Assembly (NCBI GenBank): GCA_018985225.1
Contig: JADGIF010000333.1
Span: 1-10,686 of the forward strand
DNA: 10,686 nt
Reading direction: 5' to 3'
Source: Amoeboradix gromovi X-113
Taxonomy: Eukaryota; Fungi; Sanchytriomycota
Of the stretch, positions 1 to 7,128 are shown piece by piece. Under the pieces are notes generated by a model that saw only the letters and a list, made by a program, of their open reading frames with translations, searched no databases and was not told the DNA's origin. The stretch's first letter is position 1; each line of letters begins with the position of its first letter. The translations under genes and the position numbers were made by a program.

Positions 1-1
1 A

Positions 2-64
2 CTCGGAAATGAGAGAGCAGACCAGATGGCTAAGATGGGTGCTCTTTTACATTGCTCTGAATAA
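2..64 (+). CDS. 3' end of an RNase H1-type protein (partial, runs off the left edge)
   Basis: Frame 2 reads LGNERADQMAKMGALLHCSE*. GNExADxxAxxGA is the C-terminal RNase HI motif carrying the last catalytic Asp. The stop TAA (62-64) lies inside AATAAA (60-65). A cellular RNH1 cannot be told from a retroelement RNase H domain on 20 codons. Confidence 0.75.
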   Translation, partial: LGNERADQMAKMGALLHCSE

Positions 65-692
65 AATGTTGCTTATAAAGCTGCATTACTTTAGTCTATA
101 TGCAGTGGTTCCAATAAGTTTGGAAGAGCGACCCAATTTCAATAATAAAATAATACCTTCCCTTTTACGAAGACATATCATGCTGTAATTTGATTAATAT
201 TGCCTATCTATGGCTCAAGAGTCTGTGAGCAAGCGAGAAACTGGTAAAGAAATGTATGAAAACTCTGAAGAATGTGATTCAACTAGACAGAATTGCGATT
301 TGTAACCAATCCATACTAAGAGTAGAAATTAAGTACTATTATTTATTGCTAGCGCAAAGAGAGAAGCAGAGTACTTTTTTCGCAATTCTAAAACGTTGGC
401 GTTATTATTGCCAATCCGATTGTGAGAAATGACTTAAAGACTGTCTTACACACGCTGATTTCTGAAAACATGAGATACGCACATGACATATGAAAATAGA
501 AAGCAGCGTGATAAAAATCTGGTTACTTAAGGCATTGTACCTATAATAACATCAGAAGATGCCAAAGTAAGGCCTGAACAAGAAGCCAGCGTATGGTTTA
601 GGTAGAATTTGCTGCGTTTTCTTAATTCTTAGCTTTTGTCTTGCGAGAAGGGACATAATGGACGGTAAAAAATATATTTTGAAAAACTTATT

Positions 693-3632
693 TTATTGGT
701 CAATCTCGGAATCTTCTACAAGTTTTATACATACATTAAGCTGCGGTAACACTTTCTCGCCACATTTATATCGAGTTAATAAATCGTCAATATATTGGGC
801 AGGTCCCAATTGTACTATTTGTTGGATGACTATCTTATACAACGCCGAGGGTACATTGCCTAGCTCCCTGGCCTTTCTGAAAAGCTCTTTTTCCTGTGTT
901 AAGCAGGTTATCTTTAATTGTAAAATAATTTTTGCGATTTCAAACAATACATTTTGCCGAGAAGGCATCGTAACAGAAGAGTAAATTAAAGATTTGGATA
1001 CTAGATATGGTGTGTTCGGAGGATACACGTATGGAACAGATTTATTACTTCGCACAAACTTGAATACTTTATCCAGCATGCCCATTGTTGTAGCATATAG
1101 TTTGCGAATGTTAGGGACCACGATCTCCTCTAGTACACCTATTTTAAAACTGCATTTTTTCAATACGATGAAAGAGAATTGACTAATACATTCAATACTG
1201 CCAGTACTCATCTCCCCACATTTATCAAGATATAGCTTAGCTTCCTTTGAGTATTTCAATGCTGCGTCTATGTCACCAATATCTCGGTATGATTCGGCCA
1301 ACCAGAACAAGTTGTTGGCCAGTAACTGATCTAATACCAGAGGGTGTAGTGTATAAATTGGATTAAAATTCCGCAGCATTGTAATGCTCTCTTCAATTGC
1401 ACAAATAGCCTCTTTTGGTTTCTTTAAGAGCAAATGCAACATGGCGCACTAAATTAAAAATGAAGTTACATGGGTGTATTGTTCGCTAGTCAATATAGAG
1501 GGCCCTATAAATTTTTTAATCAAATCTAACTTTTGAGTCTGCAAAGACTCTACCAACACAAAATCAGAGTTTTCTACTACCACGCATTCACTCAATATGT
1601 CTAGGATTTTAATCGTAGCAGGACTGGCATACCCAACGTGATATTCAATTATCTGCAAACAGCTCTCAATCAGTGATGCAACATTACCGCCACCTTCGCC
1701 GCAAAGCAGTTCGACCAACTCATGCAAAGCCTTAGCTATAGCCCACGTCGAGCTAGTCTCCTGCGCTAACGAAATACTCAGGTTTGTTAATTTTAGTGCT
1801 TTTGAAGGTCTCTCTAAACGTAATTCATTCTCAGCTTTAACAATAAAATCACGTGCTAGTCTGTTGCTCTTCTTTAGAAATTTAATGGTAGAATGATGAG
1901 GCACATGCTCACCATCAAAATGCTCATAGTGTTGAAAGTATTCTCTGCTCAGTTGTGACATTGGATAAAATGAATCAAAGTCGTGGCTGGTCAGGAGTTG
2001 ATTTTCGAGCACGCTCATAAAACTATGACCTTTGAAAGTTGCTCCAGTTTTGACTTGGGCACTAAAGAACAAGCTACATCTTGGGATAGAAGTTGCATCA
2101 TTCTCGGTGATATCATAGTCATACTTAAAAGATACCAGTGGATTCAGCACGTCTTTCCAAAATTTGAGTGATTCCTTGGAATGAATAGCTAATTTATTAA
2201 ACAGCCCCACTACTATCTTGTTGATCTCTAAATCGATAGAGGATGCACCCATGTTGTAAAACGTAATAATTTTCTTCCTTACTTCATCATTAAGTATCAC
2301 TTTGAAGGCTCTGCTGATCATTTCGATACAGCACAAATCACGAATAAACGGAATCCTTGACTTTTTAGCTATTTGGCCCAAGAAACATATGTTTATACCG
2401 TGCTCATGCATTAAGTCTCCCATATGTTCACCATCTAATGGCTTAATTACTAGAGTATCGAGCAGCGATACAAATTCGGGAATAATGGTATCTAATAATT
2501 GTCGACTAATAAAGGATTCCGATTTGTTGGACAAGTCTCGCTGCTTTAGAACAAACTCAGGTCGTGCCACGTGTACGGCATTCTTATAAACCATGCTTGG
2601 TAAGATGCTATTCAGATTAACTACGTAAAATTCTGATTTAGAGGTGAACCCTTCTAAATCTAGATAGTCGCTGTTGCCGCTACTATCCAATGGCTTTAAA
2701 TGTAGTTCGGCCATTGCTAGATTAAATAGATTAGTAAATTCGTTATCTGAATGAGTCTTGTTATGGATAGCCTTGGCCTCTTTAAATGGCAAGGTGGCAT
2801 ATCCCACAATTTTAAATCCTTTATATTCTACGCTTCCCATCAATGCACTACAAATGCTAGTATTTGTACTGGAGAAGAGACCTGTGCTTGATAATTCGCT
2901 GTTAATACGCTGATGAGCCTTGGATATCAACTCGTCGGGCTGCTTCAAATACTCACAAGCTAAATAAAAAAATAGTTGCCCAACAAGCCACCCGTTTTGG
3001 GCATTTTTTGGTATAGGACTGTTAAACATTCGATCTATCAACAATTTACCAAAGTGCTCCAGTGCCAATCTGAATTTGAATTTTAACTGATGCAAATCTG
3101 TCAAAGACTCGCAGCTAAGTTCATTTAGAAATCTTGTTCTTAGTTCTTGGTATTTGCCATCCCAGTCAATCTTTAAATTAATTTGAGAGTCCTTCAGAAA
3201 TTGATTTACATAAAAATCCATGTTATCAGTATTTTCAGCAGGCTCAGGTAATTTTACATCAGATAATCTAGCTGCGCTATCCCTATTAGCAAGTACGGAT
3301 GCTGCGTTTTTCTCTTTTTTATTTGAAATATTTCTAATTGCAGCAACAAATTCCTCCCTTTCCTGTAAACTCTTGGTAGCAATTAAATGAGTATGGGATT
3401 GAGCTTTTAGTTTAAATGGGTATATTCTTTCCAGCAAATTGTTGGTCGGACTCAATATTTCTATTTCGATATTTTCATTTAAGGGTATGATAACACTAGG
3501 GTTACCATCCATTCTATCAGGAAAAAGATTCATGAAATAAGAACCTTCTAGGTCGACAATGGTGGAATATCTAGATTTCCATAATATTGATTTCTTGTAA
3601 ACCCAGCCTTTTTTTATGACTTCTACTTTCAT
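693..3632 (-). CDS. PH-domain + CLU (clustered-mitochondria/Clu1-like) + CLU-central + TPR-like protein, about 972 aa; exons 3632-1470 and 1448-693
   Basis: PH-like N-terminus (VIKKGWVYKK...WKSRY...YPFKL...HLIATKSLQEREEFVAAI). CLU motifs LMGSVEYKGFKIVGYATLP and FYVVNLNSILP...ARPEFV. CLU-central motifs PLDGEHMGDLMHEHGINICFLGQI and EMISRAFK. TPR-like helices (ANNLFWLAESYRDIGDIDAALKYSKEA). The 747-aa and 249-aa ORFs are in the same frame and join on removing the 21-nt GT-AG intron 1449-1469. First in-frame ATG is at 3632; the track's 3692 start is TTG. Confidence 0.8.
1449..1469 (-). other. 21-nt spliceosomal intron (phase 0) in the PH-CLU gene
   Basis: Minus strand CAT|GTAACTTCATTTTTAATTTAG|TGC. 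It removes the only stop (TAG) between two in-frame ORFs, and its 3' end TAATTTAG is identical to the SEC23 and LST8 introns. Confidence 0.8.
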
Positions 3633-3670
3633 TAAATGTTGAAACTTAAGGGGTTTTAAATATTCAGAAA
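3633..3670. promoter_or_regulatory. Putative 38-bp bidirectional promoter/intergenic spacer between the PH-CLU and ELMO-domain genes
   Basis: Divergent first ATGs at 3632 (-) and 3671 (+). The spacer is AT-rich with a central GGGG/CCCC run. Start codons are inferred, not mapped. Confidence 0.45.
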
Positions 3671-4754
3671 ATGATCCTAAATATAATTGCAAACGTACTG
3701 ATTACGGTACTTCATTTGCACTGCTTGTTTCTTTTGAAGCTCTTCCACAGCTTTCCATCGCATTTAAAAGCCATATTGATCGCAAATTATTGGCAATCAG
3801 ATTTTATTGTTGGATTGTACAAGATATTTAAGATGTGTTATAATACCAGCACTATGACCAGCGAGCTACTAAGAATTGTAGAAAAGCAACTTAAAATGGA
3901 GAAATCTTATAAGTCACCTGAATTACTGCCAACAATATCTACTTTGATCAAAATCGATCACTCTCTGCTCTATTCCAAAGAACTGCATTTGGAAAGAAGC
4001 TACCTTGAGTCCACAGAATGCTCTATATTAGAGCTCTCTCAAGCTATCGCATTCAAAAAGAGGTTTCCTGGATTTGGAGCTATTGATTCTTGCCACGCTT
4101 TAATCTTGTACCACAGCTTATTTGTGATTCATCGCATTAATCAGTCCCTGTATGAAATAGATTCCATGATAAACACCAAGTACGATCTTAATAATTCTGC
4201 TCATGCTCTGAAAATGAAGGTAATTTGGGAAGGCCTAAATACTGAGAGTATCGTCAATAGTCGCTCTTCTAATCAGTGGGTATATATTGGTACTTTTTGT
4301 TAACATAGGTTTCCAAAACGAAGATCCAAATATTGATTTTAGAGGAATGGGTGCATTTGGACTTGATAATTTACATTATTTTGTAGTAAACAGAAATGAG
4401 GAGGCTAGGGCTATGCTGAGTGCTTCTCACCATCCTATTACTTGGTTCAACATGGGCATTGTGTGTGTCAATATTACTCTGTTTATAGTTGAGTTACTGA
4501 ACTGCAGACTGTTGCACCCTATGCTTTATGCTAATTATTTACAGCTAATTCAACCACATAATTTGATGCAAAAGAACTCTTTAGTTCTACATGTCATTCG
4601 CGATCTTTATTGCGTTTTAAACATAGAGTTTATGAATAAATGGCAAGACGAAGAGTGCACTTTGATTCAGTTTGACAGTTTCTTTAAATTGTTTAGAGCT
4701 GGAGTCAAAAGGCAATTAAAAATAGATTATTTGAAATATTTAATAAAAACTTGA
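3671..4754 (+). CDS. ELMO/CED-12 domain protein (ELMOD-like ARF/ARL GAP), about 354 aa; exons 3671-4289 and 4309-4754
   Basis: Splicing 4290-4308 rebuilds QWVYIGFQNEDPNIDFRGMGAFGLDNLHYF, the ELMOD signature WxxxGFQxxxPxxDFRGMG with the catalytic Arg. Also present are the ELMOD-like N-terminal TxxSELLRI and downstream WFNMGIVCVNIT. Confidence 0.88.
4290..4308 (+). other. 19-nt spliceosomal intron (phase 1) in the ELMO-domain gene
   Basis: ATT G|GTACTTTTTGTTAACATAG|GT TTC CAA. Removal corrects the frame change and restores the conserved W-x3-GFQ spacing exactly. Confidence 0.88.
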
Positions 4755-4775
4755 TTTATTCCAAAATTAGTTGCA

Positions 4776-6410
4776 TTAGTCTTCATCTGTGGAATCATCC
4801 ATGTTGTTTATACTTGTGGTTCTAAACATAGTGTTCAATCCTATCGGGAAGTTATTAGGCACAAAAAAATCAAGCTGCAATATTTCGGACTTTTGATTCC
4901 TACATATCGCAATTATTATATGCCTACTGGTGATCTTAATTCTCCATACATTTGTAATTCCAGTAACTAGATCTCTGATAAATTCACCGGTTTGTATGTT
5001 GTACAACTTCACGATTCCATCACACCCGACCACCAAGAAGTGGGTATTGTGTGCCATACATGTAATTGCAGTCATATTAATTTCTATATGATGTAGAATT
5101 GGGAAAGTAGTAGGTCTATCAACAGATTCATGTATAAAGGAGTTTCCAAACATTGCATTTTGAACGGTATGCCTGTACATGGCATGAGGAAGATATACAT
5201 TATTTATTGGAAGCGCTTTAAAGGGATGTAAGCTATACATTCCATATACCTTGCGAGTGCTTTTGTCATGTTCCATTTTCAACTGTAGAGCAACAAAATC
5301 CCGAGGATACACCCCAATAGAGGAATCGGCACTAGCGCTAACTACGTACCTATTAGACTGGTCGATTATACCAACCAAGGATCTATGGTGCTCCAAGATG
5401 TACAAACATTGACCTGTCGTAACAGACCAAACACGAATTGTGTTATCCAGCGACCCTGTCCATACATGAGTGCCGTCACAAGCTACAGCATAGACCTTGT
5501 CCTGATGTCCTATCAGTTCGTGTAACAATTTGCCATTGTAATCCCAGATACGGGCAGATCTATCGTAGCTTGCAGATACAATTATATCTTTTGTACATGA
5601 CAGGCTCCGAACAGAATCACCATGACCATTCAGAGTGAACAAGCAGTACTTGTCAATATCTGTTGCCAAACCATTTCCTGGGGAAGTATTAGGGTTCGTG
5701 TTTATTCTAGAACTACGTCTCAATGGAGTGGTAGAACTACCTGAAGTATCATCGGACTTGTTCTCTGTGACTAAGCGTTGCAGATCCCAGATCTTGATAG
5801 ATTTATCACGACTACCGCTTACCAAAACCCAGTTTAAATCAATAATGTTTACACTTAAACAGCGTATTGTACCAGAATGACCGGTTAATACACATAAATA
5901 ATGACCAGTTAACAAGTCTACAACGTGAATGTTGCGATCGGTAGAACCGAGGCATAATATATGCTCAAGTGCTGCCAAAGCCCAAATTCCACCTCCAAAT
6001 CTGTTAAAAGTGTGCAGTCTTCTACTTGAATCACTAATATTGCCTTCAAGAGTGCTAAGCTGATGGACACACACAACTGGCTCATCAAATGAAACAATTA
6101 AGCCCTGGATAAGTCTGTTTTTATCTCTCCATTCATGCAACAGCATATTTGTGACTACATGAGGTGGACATTCTAAAGTATTTGTTCGAAACTGGCCATT
6201 GCATGTAGTATGATATATGTAAAAAAGCTTCAGGTATTCTTTTTTATAATCAAAAATTCCGAACCTGTCAAAATCACGAGCAATTAGCTCTTTCCATATC
6301 GGTTGCTGATTAAATACGTGACTGAAATGTTTATTAGCTAAGGAGCAGTTGAATATGTCATGAATAGTTAGGTATCTTGAGACATAAATGAAAGAATCAA
6401 AATCCCTCAT
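4776..6410 (-). CDS. F-box/WD40-repeat protein (Cdc4/Fbw7-like SCF substrate adaptor), about 544 aa
   Basis: N-terminal F-box-like segment (FIYVSRYLTIHDIFNCSLANKHF...IWKEL). Multiple WD40 repeats (LTGHSGTIRCL...SGSRDKSIKIWD; LNGHGDSVRSL...SASYDRSARIWD; LIGHQDKVYAV...TGSLDNTIRVWS; HHRSLVG...SASADSSI). Cdc4-like end (VKLYNIQTGEFIRDL...VWRI). First ATG is at 6410; the track's 6428 start is TTG. Confidence 0.88.
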   Translation of the reverse strand: MRDFDSFIYVSRYLTIHDIFNCSLANKHFSHVFNQQPIWKELIARDFDRFGIFDYKKEYLKLFYIYHTTCNGQFRTNTLECPPHVVTNMLLHEWRDKNRLIQGLIVSFDEPVVCVHQLSTLEGNISDSSRRLHTFNRFGGGIWALAALEHILCLGSTDRNIHVVDLLTGHYLCVLTGHSGTIRCLSVNIIDLNWVLVSGSRDKSIKIWDLQRLVTENKSDDTSGSSTTPLRRSSRINTNPNTSPGNGLATDIDKYCLFTLNGHGDSVRSLSCTKDIIVSASYDRSARIWDYNGKLLHELIGHQDKVYAVACDGTHVWTGSLDNTIRVWSVTTGQCLYILEHHRSLVGIIDQSNRYVVSASADSSIGVYPRDFVALQLKMEHDKSTRKVYGMYSLHPFKALPINNVYLPHAMYRHTVQNAMFGNSFIHESVDRPTTFPILHHIEINMTAITCMAHNTHFLVVGCDGIVKLYNIQTGEFIRDLVTGITNVWRIKITSRHIIIAICRNQKSEILQLDFFVPNNFPIGLNTMFRTTSINNMDDSTDED

Positions 6411-6463
6411 AGAGTGGTTTCGTTTCAAGGGTATGGGTCAGACTTTGCGAAAACATTCCAAGT

Positions 6464-6493
6464 GGGACACCAAATATAAAAACTAGACTAACT
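6464..6493 (+). repeat. Left terminal inverted repeat (30 bp)
   Basis: GGGACACCAAATATAAAAACTAGACTAACT. Confidence 0.85.
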
Positions 6494-6900
6494 CGTTTTT
6501 AAAGGTGCACCATACGCAGGAAATGCTATCATTAATAAAAGATCTTCTACTATACCAATTTTCTTTCACTGCTTTCAATCCCCTCTTCAAAATAAAACTA
6601 GAATACCCTGCATCTCGTTCAAATATATGAGGTCTTTGAGCATCTAAGCAAAAGGTGCATTTTCTTAGACGGTACTCTTTTCTAGAGTCATTTTGTAATG
6701 TTATACTAACACCATTACTCTTGTCTATTCTAGTTTTTACAGAGTAATAGTGATATTTTATTTGAAATAAAGATTGGATGAAGAGTAAGAGAATAGCTGA
6801 ACAGAATATTTATTTTTGAAATTTCGATACAAAAAGTTATTTATTCTCCTTTCATACTCGTCAAATCCGCAACTAGCTGAATGTCCACTCGCCTCTTAAA
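6483..6900 (-). pseudogene. Possible decayed TnpB/Fanzor-like nuclease C-terminal fragment
   Basis: Stop-free, ATG-less frame 6809-6483 (108 codons) contains EYRLRKCTFCLDAQRPHIFERDAGYSSFILKRGL. This is CxxC followed by RD-x6-IL-x2-GL, the spacing of the TnpB/Fanzor RuvC-III motif RDxNAAxNILxxGL, although both Asn are missing. Upstream in another frame (6900-6853), FKRRVDIQLVADLTSM loosely recalls the RuvC-II segment VxxVDExxTS. Recognised by eye only. Confidence 0.45.
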
Positions 6901-6945
6901 TCCATAAATTAATAAAGCTGAAATAATGTTCAACTTGTTACAGAA

Positions 6946-6975
6946 AGTTAGTCCAGTTTTTATATTTGATGTCCC
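6946..6975 (-). repeat. Right terminal inverted repeat (30 bp)
   Basis: Reverse complement GGGACATCAAATATAAAAACTGGACTAACT; it differs from the left copy only at positions 7 and 22, both transitions. Confidence 0.85.
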
Positions 6976-7128
6976 TTATGTATCTCTTGATGATGTCTTC
7001 AGACTTCTCATGTACAGGCTGAGATGGGTTGGAGCCATTGCGAGAGATGTGACCAACTGAAATAAAAGCAACTGATGCAACTGTAAAAGCCATGTGATCA
7101 TTATAAATGTTTTACTAACCATAATTAG

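Larger units (their letters stand above)
6464..6975. mobile_element. 512-bp non-autonomous TIR-bounded DNA element (MITE-like), possibly a Fanzor/TnpB-carrying deletion derivative
   Basis: 30-bp inverted repeats at 6464-6493 and 6946-6975 match at 28/30. The element fills most of an intergenic gap far longer than the 21-90 bp spacers elsewhere in the window. No intact transposase and no clear target-site duplication (left flank AAGT, right flank TTAT). Confidence 0.72.

Noticed and set aside
537-555. 19-nt GT-AG segment GTACCTATAATAACATCAG as an intron of a hidden plus-strand gene
   Set aside because: The branch motif is offset by one base from the consensus, and splicing gives only very short frames.
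658-2589. Plus-strand ORFs 658-984, 994-1182, 1983-2171 and 2302-2589
   Set aside because: Antisense shadows of the PH-CLU gene with no recognisable motifs.
5438-5880. Plus-strand ORFs 5438-5638 and 5635-5880
   Set aside because: Antisense to the F-box/WD40 CDS, with no recognisable motifs.
6594-6737. Internal 12-bp inverted repeat AAAACTAGAATA (6594-6605 / 6726-6737) resembling the TIR core
   Set aside because: Short and AT-rich; it cannot be distinguished from chance without other copies of the element.
6926-7093. Short ORFs (44 aa on plus from 6926; 51 aa on minus from about 7093)
   Set aside because: Both cross the right TIR boundary and show no recognisable similarity, so they are likely incidental.
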